DNA of 30,212 bases, from the IMG/VR virus record IMGVR_UViG_3300008459_000250, positions 1 through 30,212 of that record. One strand, written 5' to 3'. Under the pieces are notes generated by a model. It was not told the origin of the DNA and did no database searches. It saw only the letters and a program-made list of their open reading frames with translations. The DNA is from a virus. Taxonomy: Duplodnaviria > Caudoviricetes. The number at the start of each line of letters is the position of its first letter. Position 1 is the stretch's first letter. Of this stretch, positions 14,717 through 24,692 are shown piece by piece. The position numbers and the translations under genes were made by a program.

Positions 14717-17625
14717 TGCCATATAACTTTGAAGCAACCTTTGTTCAGCCTTTATTGCTACAACTAGATAACGGAGTTATCAAGGGGGCTGACTCATGGG
14801 CAGATGCTATCACAAAGGCTTACATAACAACAATTAAAGCAGGACTTCCACAAGGAGCACCTCCAACACTTCCGGCACCTGGATTAAACCCAACTGCTCC
14901 ACCACCATACCCACTAGGCGTCTCTGGATTCATTACAGCTGATTCTCGTAGTCGAGCTTTTTACACATTAGTGAGAGCTTATTTCTTGGCTAAGGAGGTT
15001 AGTTTGGATAAGGGATCAATTGAGAGTTTGGTTCAATCTGTTAAGCAGCTTATACAAAAGCTCAAAATACGTACAGCAAAGGTTAAGAGTCTACTCGAAA
15101 GAATAAAACAAGTTCAACAACAGCTTATAGAGCTTCCAGGCTTGATAATTGATATTGTTGCTGGTATAAAGGAGGAGGTAAAAAATCTAATTGAAGAGGT
15201 GAAGGGTATTTTCTCTAGTGTATTTGATGAAGTACAAAACAATCTAAGTCCAGTTGACTTTGCTGATGTGTTTAAGGAGGAGATAAGCTTATTTGAAAGC
15301 ATTAAGAAGTTTGATCCAACAAACATTGCTGGGTTGCGTGATATTGCTTTATTTGTTTCTGAATATGGAAAGCGAACTAATAATGTTCTTGCATCTGGTA
15401 CTAGTGAGCAACTCTTGAAAAAGTATTTTCGTGATCGTGTTTTTGGCATAGCTAAGACGTTTATTGAATTTGCTAATGGTGTAATTGATCCTAGTAAGAT
15501 TCTTGATCTTATGAGTCAGTTAGCTAGCAAGCAACCACGACTACAAAAACTTGTAGATCAGATTAAGCGCTTTGATTTGTTTGTGCGTTTTGTGCAACCT
15601 CAACTCAAAAAACTAAAAAAGCGTAAGGATGACTTAATTAAGCAGATTAGAGAAATGTTGCAACCAAAGATTGTAGAGTTGCAAAAAAAACTAGCTCAAA
15701 AACAAGCTGAATTAGTTAAAAAGCTTAAAGATAGTAAAGCTGCGAGTTTATATGCCTCTGCGGCAAAAAAAATAAATGCCTTAAAACAAAAGAACGAGAA
15801 GAAGATAAAAAAATCAAGAACAAAGGTACAACAGCTTACAAAAGCCTACAAACTAAGCCGAGATATAATTGGTAGAGTTACCACTCTAATTGAGGGTGTG
15901 AAGCAGGAGTTTGTAACTATGTCCGATGAGATTAAGTCTATGCAAAAAAGCGTAGAACAAACTTTCAATCAAAATACAACCTTTGATTCAATCGATACGA
16001 TTCAACCAGGACCTGGACCATTATCGGTTAATGATCTTAAAGCCGAACTCATAAAGATGCGCGGTTATGTCGACAGTCTTGGATTAGGAGAGTTTGGAGA
16101 GGCTGCTGCTTTAGTTTTGACTCAAACAAAGTGTAACTTTCAAACCTTCAAGTTATTCTTTGAAAAGAGAAACTTAAAGATAAAACAATACGTTCTTGAG
16201 ATTGATATGTTAGAGTCTTTAATTAAGAGTCTAATAAACACAATCCAGGAAATTCGATCAGGTAAGAAACGTGCTAATGAAAATAAAAGTATTGCAAGCA
16301 AATGGTTAGTTGATCGTATAAAGTCTCTTAAAGACTTACTCAATCGGCTTGTGATTAAGATAAGACCATTAGTAAGAAAGATATCAAAATTTATTAAAGA
16401 TCAAATTGAAAAAGTAAAGGATTTTATCAAAAAGGATCTTAAAAAATTTCAAGAGGATCTGAAAGTGTTTGCAATCAACTTAATACCAATAAAGAGCGAT
16501 GTGCAGGATGTTAAGGATAAAAAAGCTGCAGCCGAAGATAAAATGAGAAAGATTCGTGATAAGATTAATCAACTCAAAAAATTGATCGAATTAGGAAAGT
16601 ATACGGCAGATACTGTTAGGGGATTGGCTGGTTTGATATCTAGTGTTGCTGCAGGAAACTATAAGTTCTCAGAAAACCTAAACCACATCAACAAATTGTT
16701 AGATGGAGTTTACAATATCAGAGGTTTTAATAAGAGTGCTGCAGTAAAGAGTAGTTTGCAAAAGGAGAAAGAAAAAGCTCGTCGACAGTTTAAAATGATG
16801 CTTGTTATAGAGGCGTTAGTTATTGGTATAATTGAAACTGTTAAGGATATCAAAGAGACAGACTTTAAAAAAGAGTTGCAGGAAACTATTGATAGATTGT
16901 CAAATAACTATCCTGGAAAGCAAACACTACAGACTATTGCTAGCTTAGCTGATAATCCACCAAAAAGTTTAAATGAAATCAAAAGTGTTTTAGACCAATT
17001 AGCTACTGGTGCATTGATGGATGCTAGCGTTGTCAATAATCTGATCAACTTAGAGCGAAAGTACTTGCGTAGAAGTAGGGAGTTGGTTAAAGTACTGTGT
17101 GATGTAAAAAAACTAGAAGGGACTGCTGCAGAGAAAAAACTACTTAAAATTAAAACTTATCTAGATAAAGACCAGTCGTTTTTAGCCATTGCATTTGATA
17201 TGCTAGCTGATGAATTGAAGCAGTTTCAAAAATTTATAGCTAAAAAGTTTAAGAAACTGGTTGATGAGGTTAAACAAAAAATAGCAATAAAAAGAGTTAA
17301 AGTCGAAGCTCAAGCTCAGCTTGCGTTAAAAAAGATAACGGAAAAGAAAATCAATCCGGATGCAGCAATCATGTCTATTATGTTTGGTTTAGCAGCTCGT
17401 GCTTTTTGGACTGGAGCAACTTGGACTGGTCCAACTGGCACAAATCATGTAACACTTAACATAGGCATCTTCAAACAAATAAAGGCTAGATCAACTGATG
17501 GAGCATCAGCTATGATACGACAGATAGCCAAAAGCTTTGAGACTCAGCTAACAGCTATGACTGGTTTAGTTATACCACCAGCAAATACTGGTATACCACC
17601 CGTACCATTCTCAGGGTACAAATAA
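14716..17625 (+). CDS. 969-aa virion-associated protein: Pro/Gly-rich termini around a long Lys-rich helical core
   Basis: Residues ~95-880 are amphipathic helices; termini are PPTLPAPG and FWTGATWTGPTG...PPVPFSGY; located in the baseplate cluster. Confidence 0.65.
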   Translation: MPYNFEATFVQPLLLQLDNGVIKGADSWADAITKAYITTIKAGLPQGAPPTLPAPGLNPTAPPPYPLGVSGFITADSRSRAFYTLVRAYFLAKEVSLDKGSIESLVQSVKQLIQKLKIRTAKVKSLLERIKQVQQQLIELPGLIIDIVAGIKEEVKNLIEEVKGIFSSVFDEVQNNLSPVDFADVFKEEISLFESIKKFDPTNIAGLRDIALFVSEYGKRTNNVLASGTSEQLLKKYFRDRVFGIAKTFIEFANGVIDPSKILDLMSQLASKQPRLQKLVDQIKRFDLFVRFVQPQLKKLKKRKDDLIKQIREMLQPKIVELQKKLAQKQAELVKKLKDSKAASLYASAAKKINALKQKNEKKIKKSRTKVQQLTKAYKLSRDIIGRVTTLIEGVKQEFVTMSDEIKSMQKSVEQTFNQNTTFDSIDTIQPGPGPLSVNDLKAELIKMRGYVDSLGLGEFGEAAALVLTQTKCNFQTFKLFFEKRNLKIKQYVLEIDMLESLIKSLINTIQEIRSGKKRANENKSIASKWLVDRIKSLKDLLNRLVIKIRPLVRKISKFIKDQIEKVKDFIKKDLKKFQEDLKVFAINLIPIKSDVQDVKDKKAAAEDKMRKIRDKINQLKKLIELGKYTADTVRGLAGLISSVAAGNYKFSENLNHINKLLDGVYNIRGFNKSAAVKSSLQKEKEKARRQFKMMLVIEALVIGIIETVKDIKETDFKKELQETIDRLSNNYPGKQTLQTIASLADNPPKSLNEIKSVLDQLATGALMDASVVNNLINLERKYLRRSRELVKVLCDVKKLEGTAAEKKLLKIKTYLDKDQSFLAIAFDMLADELKQFQKFIAKKFKKLVDEVKQKIAIKRVKVEAQAQLALKKITEKKINPDAAIMSIMFGLAARAFWTGATWTGPTGTNHVTLNIGIFKQIKARSTDGASAMIRQIAKSFETQLTAMTGLVIPPANTGIPPVPFSGYK

Positions 17626-17634
17626 AATCTTAAC

Positions 17635-17650
17635 TATTTATATAAAAACA
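17635..17650 (+). promoter_or_regulatory. Putative late promoter TATTTATATAAAAACA
   Basis: 16 bp identical to 27110-27125. Confidence 0.6.
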
Positions 17651-17652
17651 AC

Positions 17653-18132
17653 ATGAAAGGAACCGAGTTTATCAATTTGATGCGAAAAGTAATTCGCGAA
17701 GAGGTGAGGGCTGTTGTAAAAGAAGAGCTTAAATCATTTAAGCCCGTTATTGTTGAATCAAAACAACAATCAGTTACAAAATTGGAAGCACCAAAAAGAA
17801 AAGCAGTGCAACCAGAACCCTTAATAAAAAGACAAACGCCTGTGTTTAAAGGACCGTTGGCAGACATACTGCAAGAGACTTACACAGCAATGCAAAACGA
17901 GCCACCAGTAGAAGATCCAGAAGCAGCTTGGCCTGATATGAATGGTGGTGTTGTTACTATGGATAATATGCCTGGAGGGATGGGTATGTCAATGGCAGCA
18001 ATGATGGATGACGACTTTGGATCAAAACTCAATCCACCAAGCTCAAACACACCTACAAATACACCACCACTGATGCGTGACTATTCTGCGTTACTAAGGA
18101 AAGCTGACGACATTGCAAATAACAAACGATAA
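17653..18132 (+). CDS. Hypothetical protein upstream of gp25
   Basis: N-terminal LMRKVIREEVRAVVKEEL helix; coupled (TAATG) to gp25. Confidence 0.75.
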   Translation: MKGTEFINLMRKVIREEVRAVVKEELKSFKPVIVESKQQSVTKLEAPKRKAVQPEPLIKRQTPVFKGPLADILQETYTAMQNEPPVEDPEAAWPDMNGGVVTMDNMPGGMGMSMAAMMDDDFGSKLNPPSSNTPTNTPPLMRDYSALLRKADDIANNKR

Positions 18133-18560
18133 TGGCTATTGAAATTAAAGTACATCCGCTAGACTTCGAACCTAATATTGCTATTGGGGTTGATCTGCCT
18201 ATGATGGCTGGAGCTGGTGCTGCTTTTAAATTGAACTACACTACACTAGATCAGGCAGTAGCTAACGCAAAAAACCTTTTATTGACAAATAAGGGTGAAA
18301 GAATAATGCAACCTGAATTTGGTTGTGACTTACGAAACTTCCTTTTTCAGAATATTACAGAACAAACTTTAATAGATATAGAGAACTCAATTCGAAGCAG
18401 TTTTGAATATTGGTTGCCGTACATATTTATTAATGATCTGCAGGTGGTACCTAGCGAAGATAATAACCGAATCAACATCTCTCTTAGCATTAGCTTAGAG
18501 GGTAATAAATTTGATACAAGGTCTATTCAGTTAGAACTGCAAGTAAATAACGCATCATAA
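18132..18560 (+). CDS. gp25: Baseplate wedge/sheath initiator, T4 gp25-like
   Basis: NLLLTNKGERIMQPEFGCDLRNFLF...WLPYI is the gp25/GpW family signature. Confidence 0.9.
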   Translation: MAIEIKVHPLDFEPNIAIGVDLPMMAGAGAAFKLNYTTLDQAVANAKNLLLTNKGERIMQPEFGCDLRNFLFQNITEQTLIDIENSIRSSFEYWLPYIFINDLQVVPSEDNNRINISLSISLEGNKFDTRSIQLELQVNNAS

Positions 18561-18561
18561 C

Positions 18562-20454
18562 ATGGCAAACATATCTAAGACAACATCAAAGGATATCCAG
18601 TATTTTGGTAGGGATTTTGACTCACTAAAGAAGGGTCTTATTGATTTTGCTAGAATTTATTATCCAAACACATACAACGATTTCAATGAGTCGTCTCCAG
18701 GTATGATGTTTGTTGAAATGGCTGCGTATGTCGGTGACGTTCTCAACTACTACATAGACTCTCAGTTTAAAGAAAACCTATTATTACACGCTACAGAAAC
18801 TAGAAGTGTAATGTCAATTGCAGCTGCAATGGGATACAAACCAAAAATTAGTGTGCCATCTATAGTTGACATTGATGTATTCCAGCTACTACCTCCATCA
18901 GGAAGTGGAGCAAATGTTGTTCCAGACACACGCTATGCTTTACAAATTCAACCAGGCATGCGTACTCGTAGTTCGGTTGGTGCAATAGAGTTCATGATTC
19001 AGAACAAAGTTGATTTCTCAATCAATAACGTATTTGATCCAACAACATATTCTGTATACAGTATTGATGCCAATGGCGCTCCTAATTACTTCTTAGCTAA
19101 GAAGACGGTTAAGGCAGTATCGGCTATGCCAACAACGGTTGAGATTCCTGTAACTGGTGTGACTAAGTTTTTTAAATTCTTAGTGCAGGATACTAATTTA
19201 ATAGGAATACAATCTATTACAGACTCTGACGGAAACACTTGGTATGAGGTTCCTTATTTAGCACAAGATACAATCTTTGAAAGAGTTGAAAACACAGCCT
19301 TTAATGATCCAGATGCAGCAACACACAGCCAAGACACACCATACCTACTAAAGTTAAAAAGAGTACCTCGTCGATATATAACACGTGTGACTGAGGATGG
19401 TATTGAGGTTCAGTTTGGTTCTGGAGTTAGCTCGTCACCAGACGAAGAATTATTAGCAACTCCCGAAAATATAAGCTTATCTCTTCCAACCGGAAAAGAG
19501 GATATTGATTGGTCAGTTGATCCTGCAGCACCAGTATTTACTGGAGCTTATGGTGTAGTACCATCAAACACTACGCTAACAGTAACCTATCTAGTAGGTG
19601 GTGGAATTTCTTCTAATGTACCAAGTAACACTATCACAGAGGTTATTGGTATTGATACAACCGGTACAAACTTACCATCAGCGAATCCAACATTAAATAC
19701 AACTATACTAAACTCGATTGCCATTAATAACCCAACTGCGGCAGCGGGTGGAAGAAGCGCTGAAAGTTTGGAGGAGATTCGTCAAAATGCAATTGCACAG
19801 TTGGCATCTCAAAATAGAGCTGTAACTAAAGAAGATTATATCATAAGGGCTTATGCAATGCCAAATGCCTATGGTAGCGTATCTAAGGTATTCATAACAC
19901 CAGACGAACAGAATAACATCGAATCATCAGAAGTTAATGATAAGGTTGCGAATCCATTAGCATTGAATATGTACGTGCTAGCTTACGATAATAATAAAAA
20001 TCTAACCACAGCTAATAGGGCGATAAAAGAAAATCTTCGTACCTATCTAAGTCAGTATAGAATGCTTACGGATAGTATTAATATCCGAAACGGTTATGTT
20101 ATTAATATAGGTGTTGATTTTGATATTATACCACTACCAAATTACAATGCTAATGAAGTTATCTTAAACTGTGTAAGTGCATTGAAGGATTTCTTTAACA
20201 TAGATAAGTGGCAAATGAATCAACCGCTAGTTTATAGTGATGTGTTTAATGAGTTATTAAAGGTGAATGGTGTTCAAACTGTAACAAGTGTGAAGTTTAA
20301 AAACCTAAACGACGAGCTTAGTGGTTATAGTACTGTTGTATATGATTTAGCAGAAGCGACTCGTAATGGTATAGTGTATCCAAGTTTGGATCCAGCTATT
20401 TTTGAAATAAAGTACCCAAACAACGATATTAGAGGACGTATTGTAACATTCTAA
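18562..20454 (+). CDS. gp6: Baseplate wedge subunit, T4 gp6-like
   Basis: RDFDSLKKGL, YNDFNESSPGMMFVEMAAYVGDVLNYYID, VQFGSG, GGRSAESLEEIR, QNRAVTKEDY. Confidence 0.9.
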   Translation: MANISKTTSKDIQYFGRDFDSLKKGLIDFARIYYPNTYNDFNESSPGMMFVEMAAYVGDVLNYYIDSQFKENLLLHATETRSVMSIAAAMGYKPKISVPSIVDIDVFQLLPPSGSGANVVPDTRYALQIQPGMRTRSSVGAIEFMIQNKVDFSINNVFDPTTYSVYSIDANGAPNYFLAKKTVKAVSAMPTTVEIPVTGVTKFFKFLVQDTNLIGIQSITDSDGNTWYEVPYLAQDTIFERVENTAFNDPDAATHSQDTPYLLKLKRVPRRYITRVTEDGIEVQFGSGVSSSPDEELLATPENISLSLPTGKEDIDWSVDPAAPVFTGAYGVVPSNTTLTVTYLVGGGISSNVPSNTITEVIGIDTTGTNLPSANPTLNTTILNSIAINNPTAAAGGRSAESLEEIRQNAIAQLASQNRAVTKEDYIIRAYAMPNAYGSVSKVFITPDEQNNIESSEVNDKVANPLALNMYVLAYDNNKNLTTANRAIKENLRTYLSQYRMLTDSINIRNGYVINIGVDFDIIPLPNYNANEVILNCVSALKDFFNIDKWQMNQPLVYSDVFNELLKVNGVQTVTSVKFKNLNDELSGYSTVVYDLAEATRNGIVYPSLDPAIFEIKYPNNDIRGRIVTF

Positions 20455-20456
20455 AT

Positions 20457-21551
20457 ATGATTTTAAGATTTTATCCAACCAAAGACGCTACAATATACGA
20501 GCAGTATCCTGAGAAGAATACTGGCTTGGATGCTATGCTTGAAATCAAAAAGACCTTAGTAGGTAGTTCAAGCTACAACTCCAGAATATTATTGGATTTT
20601 GATTATTCTAGTATGTCTGCTAGTATTGCCTCTTTAGGATATAATCCAAACCAATTTCAATACTCATTAAAATTATATACATCAGACGCTAACGAAATAC
20701 CATCTAACTACACACTATATGCTTATCCTGTGAGTGGTAGTTGGAATATGGGTATTGGTCGTTATGGAAACAGCCCAGAAACTAAAGTTGGTGTAAGTTG
20801 GTATTACAAACAGACAGCAGATGACGTTGCTACATCATGGTCAACAGCATCTTTTGCAGCGACTGTGACTGCATCATGGCTTTCTGCTCCAGGTGGTGGT
20901 ACTTGGTATACATCGAGTGTTGCATCACAATCGTTTAGCTACACCACGTCCGATCTTGATATGGATATCACATCCATTGTTAGAAAGGTACAATCAGGAT
21001 CCTTAGATTTTAACGGTCTTGTTATCAAGAAGAGTGATACAGATGAATCATCTACAAATGTATTCAATAGTCTTAAATTTTTTAGTAAGGATACGCACAC
21101 AATATACTTACCGGTTATTGAAGCAAAGTATGATGATAGTACTAGTTTAGGCACCTTATCTGCAGTAAATGTTAATGAAGAGATCACTATAACACCAATC
21201 GACTTAAAACCATCATACGCAGAATCGTCAACACCAAGAATAAGATTCTCAGCGCGATCAAGATATCCAGTAGCTACATTTGCTACATCTTCAGAATATC
21301 TAACTAGATACAGATTGCCAGCTGGAACTCAATATGCTGTCTACAGCGCTCATAATGACGATGTTGTTATTAACTTTAGCAATTACACTAAGATTAGTGA
21401 TGATGCTACTAGTAACTTCGTAAAATTACACTTGGACAGCTTTCAGCCAGAAAGATATTATAGATTGGTATTGAGAGTTCCTAACTCAGGATCTTATGCA
21501 TCTTACGATGTGTATGATGATAAGTGGATTTTTAAAGTTACTAGAAACTAA
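20457..21551 (+). CDS. Baseplate-associated beta-sandwich protein (DNRLRE/CBM96-like N-terminal domain)
   Basis: FYPTKDATIYE...SRILLDFD...LKLY...YAYPVSGSW...DITSIV...NGLVIK...FFSKD...PVIEAKY pattern; located after gp6. Confidence 0.6.
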   Translation: MILRFYPTKDATIYEQYPEKNTGLDAMLEIKKTLVGSSSYNSRILLDFDYSSMSASIASLGYNPNQFQYSLKLYTSDANEIPSNYTLYAYPVSGSWNMGIGRYGNSPETKVGVSWYYKQTADDVATSWSTASFAATVTASWLSAPGGGTWYTSSVASQSFSYTTSDLDMDITSIVRKVQSGSLDFNGLVIKKSDTDESSTNVFNSLKFFSKDTHTIYLPVIEAKYDDSTSLGTLSAVNVNEEITITPIDLKPSYAESSTPRIRFSARSRYPVATFATSSEYLTRYRLPAGTQYAVYSAHNDDVVINFSNYTKISDDATSNFVKLHLDSFQPERYYRLVLRVPNSGSYASYDVYDDKWIFKVTRN

Positions 21552-24500
21552 TGAGATTTCCAGACCAATCATTGATAGGAGATTTGGGTGATGGCGTTAC
21601 ATCAAAAACGTCAGCAAGCATATCGATACTCGCTACTTCAAGTTTAGACGAGAATCAAACAACCTATGACCTATTACCAACTATTATCAATAGGCCTCCA
21701 GTTATTGTAGAGCCAATCGAGCTAGCTTCTACACCACAGATCAAACCTTATGAAACAGCTGACGCTAGTGGTAAGTATTTATACTACTTTCCAGATGGTA
21801 CTGTTAAGATCAATCTAGGAGCTAAGATTACATTAGCTGTTAAAGCAGAGCAACCACAAATTCTAAATGTTGAGAATGGAATATTAACGATGGTTAAACC
21901 ATCTGTTGGATTAACATACATTTGGAGAAAGAATGGTATCATGCTTAACTCCGATCAATCTTTTTCGCTACAATCTAAAGTGACTGTATCAGGCAATAGT
22001 GTTAGCTTTGATAACATACAGCCTTCCGATGCAGGAACATACACTTGCGATATTAGTAATGATATAGGAACAGTCACTACAGAGCCTGTAATAATAGAAG
22101 TACTTAATTTGGATTTTGATGCACTATTTTATAGAAACTTAATCAATAATCCATATGGTGCGAATGGAACAGACGGTTGGCAGGTTAATAACGACGATCT
22201 AACAACAAAGAGGTTTACTAAAATACCATCAACCGATCTAATAAAGCCAGATAGACCTGATTTATTTGGTTATACGATGGATACGTTACACCCAAGACCT
22301 TACCAATTAGATACTGGTGTGATTCAAGGGTTTGATATGACGAAAGAGTTTCTTAAAGATAACGCTTCATACTTCACAAGAACACGATATAAGTTTTTAA
22401 AGCGTGGTGGTTCTTTTTTGGTTAGGGCTTATCAAGATATCGATTTGTCTGATATAGTATGGCTAACTAAGGGCGGTGTTTTTGGTGTGGAAGGTGTAAG
22501 AGCTATATTCAGCTGTTATATTGGAAACGCTCTGACAACATTCATGCCAGTGCAGGAGTTGGTGGATCCAAAAAACAGAAGATTGCCTCAAAACTATGTT
22601 TTAAATAAACCAAGAATCAGTAAGGAGAATTTTTTATTAGCAGGTCCTTCGCATGGCGTGCAAGAGCATGTTTATGTATCGTTTGAGGAGTATGATAATG
22701 AGACTAGATTGGCTAGTCATATATTACAAAAAGACGGCTCAGTAGTAAAACAAGAAAATAGAATAACACTAGCTGATCCATGGACAAGTAGGTTGTGGAA
22801 GTATTGGGGACAAAAATATTACGACAAGGATATATATGGACTTGGTGAGTTGTCAAGTGGTGATGGTAGAGATGCTGTACTGTTTGTTGCTGATGAATTG
22901 TATCCAGATGAGAGCGTACGATATGCTTATGGTCAGTATGCTGAGTTTAATAAGGTTGTATTAGATAGATTAAACCCAAATACTACAAAAGTTAGAGTAA
23001 CCTTAAATTTTCAAACTTCAGACTGGAGAATTTTTGAACAATGGAAAGAGGGTTTTGAAAATAGTGAAGAGGTTTTTGAGTTTGTTAGTTGGGAAAGTCC
23101 GTACGAAAGAAATCGCTGGACAAAGCCGCAGCTTGATTGGGGTAAAACTATAACATCACAAATAACAAAACTTCCTGGAAACGAAGAAAAGGGTGTAAAG
23201 GCTTTACCTACATCACCAGATCCTCGAGGATTTGCTTCTGCGATCAACGTAACGCTACTACCGGTATTAACTCAACAAAAATCTAGCACAGAATACTATA
23301 CAAATATATCACTGGTTAAAAATGATACACCTGAGTCAGTAGTACAAACTGGTCTGATAAAGAGTAGGCCATACGATCCTTATGGATTAGCTTCTAAAAA
23401 ACTACTATTCACTTTCGATACTATATCGGACGGGAAACCAGTAGTGAATAATTTAGGTGTTATTGAAACAAAAGATAGGTTAAAAATAGGTTTAAAAATA
23501 AGACAGAAGGATAGTCAAACAAATACAGAAGTCGATAAAAATCTAGGAATTGATCCAATTCGAATTTTACCAATCCAACCCAACTCAACGGTTACGGTGG
23601 AGAGCTTACCAGACTTTGTACAAAAAGATTCAGCATTGAACATCACCTTTAACGATTATGTTAGATATCGTTTTGTTGATAGCTACGAATCTTCTAGAGA
23701 AAAAGGAGTTATTGTAAGTGGAGTTCCATCGGCAAATTATGAGACTATCGCTCTAGAGATGAAAGATGCTGGCTTTACGGTTTCTAATATCACAGATAGA
23801 GTGCCAGAACAAGGTAACGATGTACCAACGTTATGGAGTAATAAGATCAGACTACAATTGTTTTTTGGACTGAAAGGATCGCAAATAACCCAAACCAAAT
23901 TATCACCATCAAAAATAGATAAAGCTGATCAAGGACGAGTTGTAAGACTTCAAAGCTATTATTTAGATATTGATTTCTCTGGCGCAGAATCCAAAGTCAC
24001 ATTGTCTAGACCATCTGATCAAAATATGTACCCAGGATTTGGCTCTGGTACTTATGAACTAGAGCATAGTATTGATCCATACGGTAATCTGATATGCGAT
24101 ATACCATCGCAGATGAAATTCTCTATGGCTCCTGGTTTAGGTTTTTCAAGATTGAAGGGTGAGGATATCATAATAAACGATACACCTATAAACTGTTTAA
24201 AAGCGTTGCATGCAAATGTAGGACAGTATGTTAGGGGTTCATATAAAACAAACGGATATTTTAATAATCTAGCGGATGGCATTTTGCAAGTTGTGAAAGA
24301 AGATGTTGCTAATACGTCTTTTGCAGAAGCTAAGACTATTAAACAAGAATACCTTACAGCTTTAACAAACTACGTTAACAACGTTAATTCACTACCAACT
24401 GCAAAATATAATACCATCGATAAAACTTACAACACAAGTTTGACTATCGATTTAGAGGACGAAGCGTTTACAGGATTGCTACCCACTGTCGATAAACCGG

Positions 24501-24661
24501 CACACCTGAGCAACCTTAAAAAACCAGATGCATTACTCGAACTATTAGCTGTATACAATCCATCAACTACTCAAAACGGTATTGTTATTGGAACGCCATC
24601 TTACTTTGAAGATGAGAATGGCATAAGCTACACTATAGGATACGCTGCTCTTCCTCAGTAA
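21551..24661 (+). CDS. Virion protein with Ig-like (I-set) domain + FBA/galactose-binding-like domain (putative receptor binding)
   Basis: YIWRKNG...DAGTYTCDISNDIG (Ig); RNLINNPYGANGTDGW...YFTR...YQDIDLS (FBA-like). Confidence 0.65.
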   Translation: MRFPDQSLIGDLGDGVTSKTSASISILATSSLDENQTTYDLLPTIINRPPVIVEPIELASTPQIKPYETADASGKYLYYFPDGTVKINLGAKITLAVKAEQPQILNVENGILTMVKPSVGLTYIWRKNGIMLNSDQSFSLQSKVTVSGNSVSFDNIQPSDAGTYTCDISNDIGTVTTEPVIIEVLNLDFDALFYRNLINNPYGANGTDGWQVNNDDLTTKRFTKIPSTDLIKPDRPDLFGYTMDTLHPRPYQLDTGVIQGFDMTKEFLKDNASYFTRTRYKFLKRGGSFLVRAYQDIDLSDIVWLTKGGVFGVEGVRAIFSCYIGNALTTFMPVQELVDPKNRRLPQNYVLNKPRISKENFLLAGPSHGVQEHVYVSFEEYDNETRLASHILQKDGSVVKQENRITLADPWTSRLWKYWGQKYYDKDIYGLGELSSGDGRDAVLFVADELYPDESVRYAYGQYAEFNKVVLDRLNPNTTKVRVTLNFQTSDWRIFEQWKEGFENSEEVFEFVSWESPYERNRWTKPQLDWGKTITSQITKLPGNEEKGVKALPTSPDPRGFASAINVTLLPVLTQQKSSTEYYTNISLVKNDTPESVVQTGLIKSRPYDPYGLASKKLLFTFDTISDGKPVVNNLGVIETKDRLKIGLKIRQKDSQTNTEVDKNLGIDPIRILPIQPNSTVTVESLPDFVQKDSALNITFNDYVRYRFVDSYESSREKGVIVSGVPSANYETIALEMKDAGFTVSNITDRVPEQGNDVPTLWSNKIRLQLFFGLKGSQITQTKLSPSKIDKADQGRVVRLQSYYLDIDFSGAESKVTLSRPSDQNMYPGFGSGTYELEHSIDPYGNLICDIPSQMKFSMAPGLGFSRLKGEDIIINDTPINCLKALHANVGQYVRGSYKTNGYFNNLADGILQVVKEDVANTSFAEAKTIKQEYLTALTNYVNNVNSLPTAKYNTIDKTYNTSLTIDLEDEAFTGLLPTVDKPAHLSNLKKPDALLELLAVYNPSTTQNGIVIGTPSYFEDENGISYTIGYAALPQ

Positions 24662-24674
24662 TTTATACTTCTAA

Positions 24675-24688
24675 TATTTATTAGAAAC
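24675..24688 (+). promoter_or_regulatory. Putative late promoter TATTTATTAGAAAC
   Basis: Identical to 10206-10219. Confidence 0.55.
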
Positions 24689-24692
24689 GGCT

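Noticed and set aside
14716-17625. Tape measure protein call
   Set aside because: Lys-rich rather than Ala/Gly-rich, and not preceded by tail tube or chaperone genes in this window.
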